Source of the DNA: Octopus sinensis
Lineage: Eukaryota
Direction of reading: 5' to 3'
NCBI RefSeq assembly: GCF_006345805.1
Contig: NC_043026.1
Coordinates: forward strand, 5,270,001 to 5,334,000
DNA: 64,000 nucleotides
Part shown: positions 48,031 through 61,629 of the stretch, one piece after another
Layout: each line of letters opens with the position of its first letter
Position numbering within the stretch: the first letter of the stretch is position 1
The notes under the pieces: generated by a model
What the model saw: only the letters and a program-made list of their open reading frames with translations
Told to the model about the DNA's origin: nothing
Database searches by the model: none
Translations under genes and position numbers: made by a program

Positions 48031-48353
48031 TTTGTGAAAAGCTTTTGATAAAATGATATTTACTTGATTCATTCAAAGAATTTCAAGGAAAACACACATT
48101 TCATTAAATATATTAAACAAATTGTTTATTTGACAGTGAAGTTAAACATTTAAACTGTTTACAATGGAATAATCATTAGAAATAAAACTTGAAGATATAA
48201 ATACACCATTATCTTTATTGACTGAATATAAGTGATCGTGAAAAGTTTTGTAGTAAGAAGGAATATAAATATTTTGTTGAGGTTATTTCTACAGATATTA
48301 TCGGTAGAAATTATAGCCAGGACTGATTTCCTGCTACAACATTTCATATCGAA

Positions 48354-48444
48354 ATGTCAGACGGAAACAAACAATGAGATCAAAGAGAAAAACATCTGTT
48401 GTTTGTTCTCATTGTTTATCTCATTGTTTGTTTACATCTGACAT
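48354..48444. other. ~90-nt hairpin
   Basis: ATGTCAGACGGAAACAAACAATGAGAT pairs with ATCTCATTGTTTGTTTACATCTGACAT (27 bp, 2 mismatches). Confidence 0.8.
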
Positions 48445-48660
48445 CTCCATAGGAAAGGTTTTAGCAAAAAATCAGAGCCAACTATAATTTCTATGGAATA
48501 TCAATAGAATAATGTGAAAAACACTGCTAACAAAGTAGAATGTGGTGTTGACTTCTAAAACAATTTAATATATTTTACAGGAATTTATGGTTGCATAATG
48601 AAATGCCACGTCCCTAACCTTACAGCCATGCCCCCATCTTTTTTTGGTGATATTTTAAAG

Positions 48661-48698
<38 letters not shown>

Positions 48699-48774
48699 CC
48701 TTTCTACTATAGGCACAAGGCCTGAAATTTTGGGTGTGGGGTCTAGTCGATTACATCAACCCCAGCACCTAACT

Positions 48775-49135
48775 GTAGTGGGTGCTTTTACATGCCACTG
48801 GCACGGGGCCAGTCAGGCAGTACTGGCAATGACCTCTCTCGAATCTTTTACACATGCCACTGGTATAGGTGCCAGTAAGGCAATGCTGTAACGATCACAC
48901 TCGAATGGTGTGTTTTATGTGCCATCGGCATGGAGGCCAGATAGCTGCTCTGGCAACGATCATGCTCGGATGGTGCCCTTAACAACCTACTAGCACGGGG
49001 TCGAGTGCCAGTAAGCCGACGCTGGTAACGATCACACTTGAATGGTGCCTTTTATGTGCCACTGGCAAAGAACCCGGTTAACTGCTCTGTCAGTGACCAC
49101 ACTCGTATGGTGCTCTTTGCACCCCGCTAGCACAG
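48775..49135 (-). repeat. ~60-bp subunit array of the RTE-3'UTR family (also 50560-50730 and 51530-51960)
   Basis: GGTG..TTT.A.GTGCCACTGGCA...CTGGCAACGA.CAC.CTCGAAT units, reverse-complementary to those at 3412-4320. Confidence 0.7.
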
Positions 49136-49295
49136 TAATTTAATTAATTAATTAATCAATTAATTAACAATTTTACCAAGTAGATCGGTACGTTAAAATT
49201 ACCTTTATAGGTAAAATTATCCATATAATTATAATTAGGCTCGATTGTGTACATATTCAGTCATAGTACTTTGAAATTTTATAAAAATTGGAAAT

Positions 49296-49358
49296 ATTAT
49301 ACTGAAGAGAGAAGTAAGTAAAATTCAAATTACTTTAATCTCGAAACACGAATATAAT
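49296..49358 (+). ncRNA. Hammerhead-like motif (family 4), cleavage triplet mutated
   Basis: ATTATA-CTGAAGA-GAGA(26 nt)TCTC-GAAA-CACG-AA-TATAAT: perfect 6-bp helix I and 4-bp helix II, but GAA instead of GUH. Confidence 0.5.
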
Positions 49359-49949
49359 TAATTCTGGTCATGTTGATTCATTGTCTTTCTCTTTGCCTTC
49401 GTAAAAAAAGTATGTGTACCGACATGGAGATTCTCATAGTAGTAGAAAAGGAATTTTTAACTCCCATTTCTAATTTCGGGATGTGGTGAAGCAGTTAGCT
49501 GAACCCTAATTATCTCTCTCTATATAAAGCTGAAGTTGTCTGTGTATGGCAGATTTGTTAGCCTTCAACTAACACTGTCTCCTCAAAGACCCTGCGGCGC
49601 AAGTTGACCAAAATTGAGAGTATGATAGAAGAAGGTTTGCTCTTCCTTCCGTAGAAGAAAAAATTCAAATTGGACCATGTTAACACCAAAAGTTATTTAC
49701 ATCAAAAAGGTGCTTTTTTTCTATGAAAATCCCTATTTTTTATGATATTCCTATTATAATAAAACTGATTTTAAATTTTTGCACAAAGCCAGAAATTTCA
49801 AGGAAGGGGGCCCCAGTACTCAGCTAGAACTTAATTTATCAATCCCAAAAGGATAAAAGGCGAAGTCAACCTTGGTGGAATTTGAACTCAGAATGTAAAG
49901 ACGGTCAAAATTCTGCTTTGCATCCACATAATTCTGCCAGCTCGTCACA

Positions 49950-49986
<37 letters not shown>

Positions 49987-50340
49987 TCCTTTCTTACTAT
50001 AGGAAGAAGGCCTGAAATTTCGGGTGAGGGGACTAGTTGATTACATCAGACCCAGCCCCTAACTGGTTCTTATTTTATCAATCAGAAAAAGGATGAGAGG
50101 CAAAGTCGACCTTGTGGAATTTGGTGGAATAAGTACCAGTTGCACAACTCCAGTGTGTAACTGGTACTTATTGAATTGACCCCAAAAGGAAGAAAGGCAA
50201 AGTCGACCTTGGTGGAATTTGAACTCTCTCTCTCTCATTCACTGTCTCCTTTTAAATATCAACTTCAACATTTCATTTCCCTTCTTTTACATAAACATAT
50301 ATATATTACGTGTGTATATGTGTATATATCTATATATATT

Positions 50341-50371
<31 letters not shown>

Positions 50372-51232
50372 ATATATATATAATATATATATATTATGTA
50401 TCATCATCATCATCATCGTTTAACGTCTGCCTTCCATGCTAGCATGGGTTGGATGATTTTGACTGAGGGCTGGCAAACCAGATGGCTGCACCAGGCTCCA
50501 ATCTTGATCTGGCAGAGTTTCTACAGCTGGATGCCCTTCCTAACGGCAACCACTCCGAGAGTGTAGTGGGTGCATTTTACGTGCCAGTCAGGCGGTACTG
50601 GCAACGACCTCGCTCGAATGGTGTCTTTTACGTTCCACTGACACGGAAGCCAGTTAACCACTCTGGCAACGATCACGCTTGGATGATGCTCTTAGCACCC
50701 TACTAGCCCGGGCACAAGTGCCAGTAAGGCAACGTGTATATATATGTATTCTTTTATTCTTGTACTTGCTTCAGTCATTTGAGTGTGGCCATGCTGGAGC
50801 ACTGCCTTTAGTCAAACAAATCAGCCTCAGGACTTATTCTTTCTAAGACCAATACTTATTCTATCGGTCTCTTTAGCCAAATTGTTAAGTTACAGGGATG
50901 TAAACATACCAATATTGGTTGTCAAGCTCTGTTGGTGGGACAAACAGAGACACATAAATATATATGACAGGCTTCTTTCAGTTTCCGTCTAACAGATCCA
51001 CGCACAAGGTTTTGATTTGCCCAATGTGCCATGCAATGGGACTGAACCCAGAGCCATGTGGTTGGCAAGCATGCTTCTTACCACACAGCCACTCTTGTGC
51101 CCCTGCCCCACTGCTTCTAATTCTTGTCACCTCCTGCATTACCACTCCCCCTTTACGTTGTCTCTCTCTTAATATATACATATGTTATGTATGTATGTAT
51201 ATATATATATATATATATATACATACATATAT

Positions 51233-51284
<52 letters not shown>

Positions 51285-54200
51285 GGTATTCCTTTATTTG
51301 TTTCAGTCAATTGACTGCAGCCATGCTGGAGCACCGCCTGTAGTCAAATATAAATGGACCCCAGTTCTTATTCTTTGTTTTGCCCAATACTTATTCTATC
51401 AGTCTCTTTTGCCAAATCGCAAAGATACAGGGACGCAAACCCACCAAAATCGGTTGTCAAGCAAAGCTGGGGGACAAACATAAACACAAACATATACACA
51501 CACACATATATATATATAATCGAAATTGAACCAAATTCGATGACTGGCACCCGTGCCAGTGGAGCGCTAACAGCACCATCCAAGTGTGATCATTGCCAGA
51601 GCAGCTGTCTGGCTCCCATGCTGGTGGCACATGAAAAGCACCATTTGAGCGTGATCGCTACCAGCATTGCCTCATCGGCCCTTGTGCTGGTGGCACAAAA
51701 AATGATTCTAGCGAGGTCGTAGCCAGTGCCGCTGGACTGGCTCCTGTGCAGGTGGCACGTAAAAGGCACCATTTGAGTGTGGTCGTTGCCAGTATCACCT
51801 GACTGGCCCTTGTGCTGGTGTAACGTAAAAGCAGCCAGTACACTCTCAGAATGGTTGGCATTAGGAAGGGCATCCAGCTATAGAAACTCTGCCAGATGAG
51901 ATTGGAGCCTGGTCCAACCATCTGGTTCGCCAGTCCTCACTCAAATTGTTCAACCCATGACAGCATGGAAAGCGGACGTTAAACAATGATGATGATGATG
52001 ATGATATCGGGCTTCTTTCATTTCCGTCTACCAAATCCTCTCACAAGTCTTTGGTTGGCCTGAGGCTATAATAGTAAACACTTGCTCAAAGTATCACGCA
52101 GTGGAACTGAACCCAGAACTATGTGGTTGGGAAGTAAGCTTCTTACCACTCAGCCACTCCTGTGTGTGTGTGTATATATATATATACACCACAGATTCAC
52201 AAACCAAAAGATCCTGACTCCATACGGATTTATAGTGGCAGAGCTTATGCTGGGAATGGCCAATGAGCTGGTGTTGACAACAACAACAACAACAGAAGCA
52301 CAGCGGCAGTGACCGGATGGGTGTCTTTGAGACCAGAGCCTTAAACGGCTGAAAAAAGTGGAAGGGTCAACTACAACAGTTGTTGCAGACTTGATAATAT
52401 AAACAAAGAGAAGAACGATGAAAGAGGAAGGAAATGGATGAAGAGGAGGCATGTAAATTAACTCTGGGTCTACATTGATGGAAAATAAGTTGAAAAACAG
52501 CATCAGAAGATCTGACCTCTCTGGCTGTATTTAAAATCAAAAGTGGTCAACCAGATGACATAAGATATAGAATGACTTGAAGAGATTTGAAATCTGGAGG
52601 AGCCTTTCTCTCTACTTGTGTAACCCCTGGCAATGTCTTGCACATAGAAAGAAAGAAGTGGTTGAAGAGGATGAAGAACAACAATGATGACAAATCTACT
52701 CCAGTACTTGACTGGTTCTTTATCAATCATAATATAAAGTAAAGCTGACCTCACTAGGTATTGAACTCAGGGCACCAGAGCAGACACTTGAAACAGTCTT
52801 TTAGTAAAATGTGTGAATGCCTTTGCCAACTGACCCCTTTTTACATGAATAAGTTCACTTGTTTAACTGTTTGATTTCTATGAATATATTATTGCTTGAG
52901 AGAGCATCATTAGAGAAACATAACCAGGTCGTACCTTGGCCAGGTAATAACAAATGATTAATTACATTATTTACAGGTGCATGTTCGTTGGTATATCTGA
53001 TGTTACCTTGGAATTGTTTAATTTTTAGACAATTCTCTTGGTTAACTTGAAGAAATATACAAATTTATAACATAGATTATTATTATTAAAAATACAATAT
53101 TTAAATGTAATTTATAAAAATATATTAAAAATATAATCTTTTAAAATTTAATAGGACGCTTAACTTTTATAATTCCGAAATACAATTTATAAAGTTGAAA
53201 TATTGAAACATTAAAATTATTTTTATAAACAGTAAATATATCTAAAATAAAAGAAATACATTTGTTTAAAATATATTAAAACTATGATTTCCATTTTTGA
53301 TTTTTAACTGAAAGTTAATTCTTGTCTAGCAATGCTATAGTCAAAAACTCTCTAACCATGACCCTCCCATAAGTTGTCATGATTGAATATGTTTTTAGGG
53401 GCATTTTAGGGACTTTGTTGTTAGTTTGTAATAGAGTTTATAATAAATGCAGACAATGTGAAGTAATTTTCAGAAGCCATCCATCTGATAAATAATATCG
53501 AAGATGGTGAGAAAACATATTTAATGCATTGCACATTAAAATGTTGATGTAGGATAAAGATGTGCTGAGAGAGAAAATATATGTTGTCACCAAATTGTTT
53601 AACATTTAAACAATTCTTCTTGTTTGCTTCAAGATATAAAATAGAAATGAAATCACCAGAACAATTCCATTTATATACAAAGTTTAATATTAAAATAAAA
53701 AATCAGTTTAAAACATTTCAATTAGTAGAGTCGTTAGAATGGTATTAGTACTGACACTTTGTGTTCTGGGTTCAAATTCTAGCAAGGTCAACTTTGACTT
53801 TTATTATGCAGGAGTCAATAATTTAAATACTAGTTTGAGGTGGTAGAATTAAATATTGGACACGATGCCTTCCAATAGGTAATGTGGTTCTTTATGAACT
53901 GAGTTCAAATCCCATCGTGGCCACCCTATGTTGCAGACTAAATCTATCACCAAATTTCACACCAAAGCTGGCCCCTGAGCTGCTTTTAGCAGAGGATTTC
54001 TCTTTTGTCTGCATTCACATTTGGCCCCTTGTTTTGAGAATGTCTTTCTCCCACTCACCACTGTCGAAGACCCTAGAAAAAGAAAGGGTTATATGCAGGG
54101 CCGTTCTTGACTAAGCTTTTAAAAAATTAAGTTTATGAAAAACAGCCAATTAATTTATCTGCCATGAAATTAATTTGCAAATTTTAAATTTCACTTGAGA

Positions 54201-54497
54201 CTTAGAAATCCACTTTAAACTACGTAAAATGATGTATCCTTAGATGAACATTTCCATCAAATAGTTCTGACATAGTTATAACACAACCATACTTTATATT
54301 ATATTCTGGAAATGAAAGGTTTTACTTGTGATGTGACACTGTAAAATATTTAAACAATGTCTGGTCTATAAAATGGTGTGTGCAAATAAAACAATATCTA
54401 TATAACAGTATATTTATGTTTGAAATAAGTCTAATGAATGTTTAGCAATGTTAATGTGGTGGTAAATTGTGTGTTAAATAAATAGAAGAAGAATATT

Positions 54498-54627
54498 ATT
54501 TACCAGGGTTGGTTATTGGGTTTTGATACTGGCTTGAAGTCTTTCTGTCTCAGAAATATTCTGTGAGTCTGCTTCGCTCGAACAGCAATGAAGATATGGC
54601 AACAGTTAAGAGGATACTTATAATATA
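54498..54627 (-). promoter_or_regulatory. Candidate TATA/Inr promoter plus ~86-nt non-coding exon 1b
   Basis: TATAAGTA at 54622-54615, TCATT Inr (A at 54589) and donor CTG|GTAAAT at 54503; paralogous to the 56.4-kb cassette. Confidence 0.45.
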
Positions 54628-55614
54628 TCCGGGAGTAGTAGGCATTGCCTCCTCATGTGTGTATACATCTTTACGTATGTATGTATATATAGATGGATAT
54701 ACACATACATACATGTCTGTGTGTATATACATTTCTATGTGTGTATTGGTGTGGGAGTGGCTGTGTAGTAAGTAGATTGCTTACCAACCACATGGCTCTG
54801 GGTTCAGTCCCACTGTGTGGCACCTTGCACAAGTGACTTCTACTAAAGCCTGGGGCCAACCAAAGCCTTGTGAGTAGATTTGGTAGATGGAAACTGAAAG
54901 AAGCCCATTGTATATATATGTGTGTCTGTGTGTATATGTCCCCCATAGCTTAGCAGTTTAGCAAAAGAGACTGATAGAATAAGTACTAGGCTTACAAAGA
55001 AAAAATCCTGGGGTCGATTTGCTCAATTAAAAGCAGTGCTCCAGCATAGCCATAGTCTTGTTAGAAATAATAAAGAAATTTTCCTGAAATAACATACAAC
55101 CTTCTCATAAATACACACACATATATATAGATATACTTATTTTTATATAATTATGTATATATATATATGTGTGTATATATATATACACATACACACACAC
55201 TCACATGTTTATATATACACATGTATGTATATATATACATGTTTGTGTCTGATAGTAACATAACTATGGTGTTACTGTTGTTAAACCGGCATTTCTTATG
55301 CTTGAAGAATTTTGGTATTGGTCTGGAATCCAACAGCCCAGAGCTCAGGTTGGGTTTCTCTGCAAATAATCTACCAGGAACTAACAAATATGTATGTGTG
55401 CACATATGTATATGTATTCTCTTATTCCTTTACTTGTTTCAGTAATTTGAATGTGGTCATGCTGGAGCACCACCTTTAGTAGAAGAAATCGATCCGAGGA
55501 CTTACTCTTTGTAAGCTTAGTAGTTTTTCTATTGGTCATTTTTGCTGAACTGCTAAGTTATAGGGGTGTAAACACAGCAACACTGGTTCTCAAACGATGG
55601 TGAGGGTGGACAGT

Positions 55615-55657
<43 letters not shown>

Positions 55658-55777
55658 GAATGTGTATTTTTCCTTGTTAACAATTAACACAGAAAAAATA
55701 CATAAACAAGTACCAGGAAGTAAAAGAATTTGAACAAAACCTGCATTTAACTCCATATCTATCTATCTATCTATCTA

Positions 55778-55857
<80 letters not shown>

Positions 55858-55939
55858 TACATACATACACACACACACACAAACACACATGCACTAGAAC
55901 AGATTAAACACCTTCATAATTGCACTCATATATTTATCA

Positions 55940-55972
<33 letters not shown>

Positions 55973-56333
55973 CATATATACACAAACACACTCTCATACA
56001 AGTTTTAAATTTCACTTGAGAATTAGAAATCTACTGGAAACAACTTAAAATGCTGTATCCTTAGATGAACTTTTCCATTTCCTTAATTTCCATCAAATAG
56101 TTTTGACCTTGTCATAACCAAACTATCCTTTATATTATATTCTGGAAATGAAATGTTTTGCTTATAATGTAACTCTGTGAAATGTTTGAACAGTTTCTAG
56201 TATGAAAAATACTGCCTGAAAATAAAACAATTTTCAACATAACAGCATAATTATGTTTGAAATAGTTGTAAGGAATATTTCACACTGTAAATGTGTTAAT
56301 GAAGTTGTTAATGAAGATAATTATCATAAAAGT

Positions 56334-56448
56334 ACTTACTTGAGTCAATAATTGCGTTTGAATTTCAGCCTGAAGTCTTTCTGTCTGTGAGTTCAGTTGA
56401 AAGAACTGGCAAAAATGTGATAATCCCTACTGATGACGCTTATTTATA
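56334..56448 (-). promoter_or_regulatory. Candidate TATA/Inr promoter plus 79-nt non-coding exon 1a
   Basis: TATAAATA at 56448-56441, a TCA Inr with A at 56418 (30 nt downstream), and the consensus donor CAA|GTAAGT at 56339. Confidence 0.55.
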
Positions 56449-57664
56449 AATAGCAGGAAGAAGTGGGCGTTAACGCCTCGTGTGTGTGGGTGTGTAGTGT
56501 GAAATTTGCACACAAGCTGTTATGTATTTGATCACGTAGACAAATGATAAAGCCTAGACATGTCCTACATGTGTGTCTCTATATTATGTCTATATATATA
56601 TATATATATATGTACTCGTATATATGGATGTGTGTGTGTGCTAGGTTCCCACTACAGGGAAAAAGGGATAAATACTTGCAAACACACACACACACGCACA
56701 TACACATATGTAAATGTACATACAATTATTTCTGTGTGCATAGATAGATGCGTATTTACATATATATATATAAATATAATACATACACATATATATATAA
56801 TATATTTAGTGTGTGTGTGTGTATTGTATCTGCCTCCAGTCTAGTGATTAAGCAACTGCTATAATTAACAGTATTACTAATTGCGACAGACAAAGCAAAT
56901 ACACTGAGAAACTATTTATATATATATATACAAAACTATACATGCAGACGTGTGTGTGTGTGTGTGTGTGTGCATACTTACATATACATAGATAGTCACA
57001 CACACATGTACTGAAGAGCCTTGTGGTTTGCTAGAAGCCTTGTCATTGGAGACTGACAGCTTCTTACAATGTAGAAAGGCAAAAGTCATCTTTTTATATT
57101 TCGGGAAATATGTAAATGTTACTTAACTGACCCTTTCCACATTGGAAGGGGCTCTTCATCATTTTATTAGTTTCATATGTGTGCGTGTGTTTTCAGCTTC
57201 ATTTATATATCATCACTGTACATATTTATTTTGTATATATATTTGTTTATATATATATATATATGTATATATATATACCCCGTATAGACTCCTGTGAAAG
57301 TCAAAGTGTTTAGACCATTTTTAAGGTCAAATTTATGGGGTTGACTGTTCTACACTTGCTTTATCATTTTGTATTTTAATCTCTGTCCATCTGTCCAGAG
57401 AGGAACTACATCTAACCATCTTAGATGGACAGACTCAATACCAGATTTTTCAGATGCATTTGAAGCCAGAGTAGTAAGCCAAACTGACCACTCTTACAAC
57501 ATACCTATAACATTATGTCAGTGGCCGAAAACTGCTTGTTTAGCAGTGTATATGTATATATATATATGTATGTATGGCTGGCATGGGTTGGACAGTCTGA
57601 GTGAGAGCTTGCAAGCCAGAAGGCTGCATCAGGCACCAATCTGATCTGGCATTTTCAATTAGTT

Positions 57665-58945
57665 ATAACAATTGGAGGTCAACGACTGGACGCTTATTCT
57701 CTCAACATTCCAAACTGAATTGAAGGCACCTGTCCCAATCACTTCATTCTCAGAGAAACATCCTACAACATCGACAAACTCAGACATTATATTGCTGAAA
57801 ACAGGTCCCTTCAGAATTCCGATCAAGCTCACGTATACAATTTCGTCCTCGGAAACATCTCCACACACACTGGTGGAACCATCGTAACACGCACCCGGTG
57901 GAATTGGGAAAACATTCCTCTTGAATCTTCTTCTTACAAAGTTGTGGCATAATGGTGACCTTGCAATTGCTGGTGCTTCCTCAGAAATAGCCTCGACTCT
58001 TCTCCACGGTGGACGCACAGCAGACTCTGCCTTCAAATTGCCTTTCAATGAGGCACATCAAAGAACCCAATGTGCCACACAATACATTACTCGGACAAAT
58101 CAGCAGTTTTGATGAAGTGCAAACTCGTTGTTTGGGATGAAGCAACGAAGTCCCCTAAATGTTCCCTACATACACTTTATATCACAATGAGGGATCTTAG
58201 ATCAAAATCAACATCCTTAGAGGTGCGACTCTGCTTCTTGCAGGAGATTTTTCATAAACTCTGCCTATTATACCCAAGGGAACACTCACTGATGACCTTA
58301 ATACCTGCCTTAAAAAGTCCCTCCTTTGGTCGCATGTCCAATCGAAACAACTCACCAACAACATGAGATCACTCCTACAGACTGGTCAGCCTAGAGCCCA
58401 GGTTTTGCAAATGCTCTTTACAATCGTCAATGGACAAATTATGTTCGACGGCAATGGATACATTGACACTACCATCATTGGCCACACTGAATCCAGCCCT
58501 GATGACTTATGTTCTGCCATTTACCCAAATCTTACAACGGAATACATAAAACCAGATTGGCTTCATGTCAGGCCTGTTCTTACACCTACAAATGCAGCTG
58601 TCAACACTCTTAACTATGACTTACTCAGTCAGCTACCTTCTCAAGAATCTTGTTACAGATCGGTTGACACCGTGACCGACCTCAATCAGGTTACACACTT
58701 TCCAACAGAATTTCCCAACACCCAACATCCTCCAGGTCTCCAAGAAGCCCAAATTATCATGAATCACAGCCAAATGATAGAGTTTTCATTCCGTTAACCC
58801 CAACAGACTGCCACCCCTCTACCCTAAGCAGAAATATCAGTTCCCTCTAAAACCCAGATTCGCTATGAAAAATTAACAAAGCACAAGGTCAGTTGCTGAA
58901 AGTTGTTGGATTGAACCTTCGAACATTGTGCTTTTCATATGGACA
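57665..58945 (+). mobile_element. Helitron Pif1-helicase pseudogene
   Basis: RETSYNIDKL..NSDQAHVYN..HAPGGIGKTFLLN (Walker A), AIAGASSEIASTLLHGGRTADSAFKLP, VVWDEAT, LTPTNAAVNTLN, HFPTEF, INKAQGQLLKVVGLNL; frameshifted. Confidence 0.9.
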
Positions 58946-58989
58946 GTTCCCTACCTGTTGAAACGACTGAAACAAATACACGAATAATC

Positions 58990-59330
58990 CATCTGTCCAG
59001 GGAGGAAATATTCAACAACTGCACCAAGCCACCATTTCTTGGTGCACCGTGCAACATGTGCAGCTCATCTCTGTTTGTTCAGACGGTGTTCTGCGATAGT
59101 GTCCTTCACTCCAGTTCTTTGCCTGACCTGCTTGTTTCAGATGAGATCTCTGAGGGAGGTTCCCAGCATCACCCACATTTCACCTGCATGGAGTATTGCA
59201 TGTAGAACCATGCTTTTGAAGAGGTGGGGATCTGGCTTCTCGTTATTTTCTCCCTACCTGTCTGAAATCATTACATTGCATGTATGGCGTCGTTATTTTG
59301 TGCTGTTGCCTCCTCTTCAGGAATGAAGAT
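58990..59330 (-). mobile_element. Old RTE ORF2 C-terminal fragment
   Basis: HLFKSMVLHAILHAGEMW..SLRDLI*NKQVRQRTGVKD..*AAHVAR. Confidence 0.55.
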
Positions 59331-60111
59331 TGGTCAGCATGGTTGTTGTTGTTGTTGTTGGTGAAGCTGAGAGTTTGAAACATTGTCAGGAGACAGGTAC
59401 CATTTTTCCCAATACATTTCTACTCAGCTTTTGGTAATTAAGACTGTTAATGAAATAACTGGATAATTTTTGTGGTTTAATAATTAATATTCTTTTCTCT
59501 GTTGGAATCCAACTCAATTCTCTTCCCACATTAATGTCTAATTTGATAATTTTGAAGTTTCAAAAACTGATGTCTAAAATGGTGTAAAATGAGTAATTCA
59601 ATAATTTCTTCTCTTTAATTGTATTGTGTTTAAATATATCAGGAAGAGGACATCCCAGAAAATTCTGAAGAAGCTATAGAGAATGTTTTCGGTGAGGTTT
59701 TCCTTATTTCGTTGAGGTTCATTAATTTCATATTGTGTGCAATTTTCCTTTTGATCCTCTTTCATTTGACCGAGATATTATTTAAATTTCTCTTTTGTTT
59801 TGCATTTCAATTCTTTCTCATGTCTAACGATGGATATTAATGTGTCTGAGTTTGTTTTCTGGAGAAATAAAGCAGCAAATTCACTTTATCTCAGCTTACT
59901 CATTTTGCCCCAGTCAAGTTTGTCTTTTATATCCTCAAAGAGAATGGCGATAATTTTCTGAAATTATGATCAGATTATGTGATAATATTTTCAATGCCAT
60001 TTGGGAAGGCCATTTGCTCAGCTGATGTAGTTCTTGTAAGGTAGTGAACATGTGTAAGAAATATATTTTGCTCCAAAGTCAAAAATGCAGTAAAAACACC
60101 TCATTTCCACC

Positions 60112-60183
<72 letters not shown>

Positions 60184-61629
60184 CAGTGTTTATGCATAAG
60201 CAAACATTATCGTCATCATCATCATCATCGACGTTTAACGTCGGTTTTCCATGCTAGCATGGGTTGGATGGTTCAACTGGGGTAAAATAGGTTTGTGGCA
60301 TATTTTCATATATTAAATGGGAAGCACATTTCTTACTATACAGCCACAGCTGGAAGCAGGTCAACATTGATCGAGCAGACATGATAGCATTCATCTCAAC
60401 CATGACCATCACGTTGGCACATATATATTTTGAACTACACTATCTAATAAGCTATATGATAAGTGTGATTAAGGGAAAATTCGTTGCTATTTCTTATAGA
60501 CCATGCAAACTTGTACACACACCCTTGCTTTGCATGTGTGTGTGTGTGTCCTGTTCTGCTGATAAGAATAGTCTTTGGTGAACATCTTAAGTTTAATATG
60601 CTGAAAGAGAGAGAGAGCGAGAGTGTGAGAGTTAATGGTATTTTATCTAATATATTGTGTACGTGACATTTCTGTTGTGTTGCAGGGTTGCTGAGTGGGT
60701 GAGTGAGCCAAGAGAAGGAGTGCTGGTGCCATTTCACTACTTACAAATCTAATAATAGAAATAAAGTCCAGTAGAAAGAAGATGTTTCAACATTTGAAGT
60801 GGTATTAAAATTGGGTGTGTAACATGAAAGTCGAATTGTACTAGAGCCATTAGAAATAGCAGCCAAATGCCCCTAAATGCTAGTGGAGCAGCTAACTGAT
60901 TACATTGACCATAATACTTGACTAGTACTTAATTTATGAACCCCAGAACGATGAAAGGCAAACTCACCCTCTGCAGGAATTGAACACACAACATGATGAA
61001 GGATGAAATAGTGTTAAAATATATTCTCCGACACATCAACGAATTTGCTTCATCAGCGACTTATACACACACATACACACATACTATAAGAACAACAAGA
61101 AAATATATTGTATATAGTTGTATGAATACATATTCTAGAAATAGCAGTCAAATCCCCTAAACCCATACATCAAACTCTGTTCTGTCCGAAGTAAAGACCT
61201 GCATTATAGGCTAGTGTCTTATGTGTGTATGAGGCAATAAATGGTAGGTAGAGGTGCCTGAAATAGCAGCCAAAGGTTCCTCTGATTTGCTAAACTTCTG
61301 AAATTAACTTCTGTTTGCAAGCCTTGTGTCAGCCTGTCACGAAAAACTAATGAACTGCCACAGATCAATTAAACTGTGACATCTGATATGCTAGAAAGAG
61401 CAGCAAGATCTTGGTGTGATTCCGTGGGATGGTAGAGAGAGAGAGAGAAACAGAGAGAAATTATAGAGTGAAGCAAAAAGAAGGAGATCTGATGTATAAA
61501 TGATTGATATATTTCTAGACCTACAGTCAGAAATAGCAACCAGATCTCCCAGGGTCACAAATCTATCTATCACTCTGTCCATCCGTCCATCTGTCCCTCC
61601 ATCCTATCTATCTATCTGTCAAGCATGAA

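Noticed and set aside
52150-52503. 117-aa hydrophobic ORF with an SSATINP motif reminiscent of GPCR TM7
   Set aside because: No NPxxY or other GPCR motifs, it includes a (TTG)n tract and runs into a microsatellite and SINE; support is insufficient.
57659-58048. 129-aa minus-strand ORF
   Set aside because: It is antisense to the Helitron helicase remnant.
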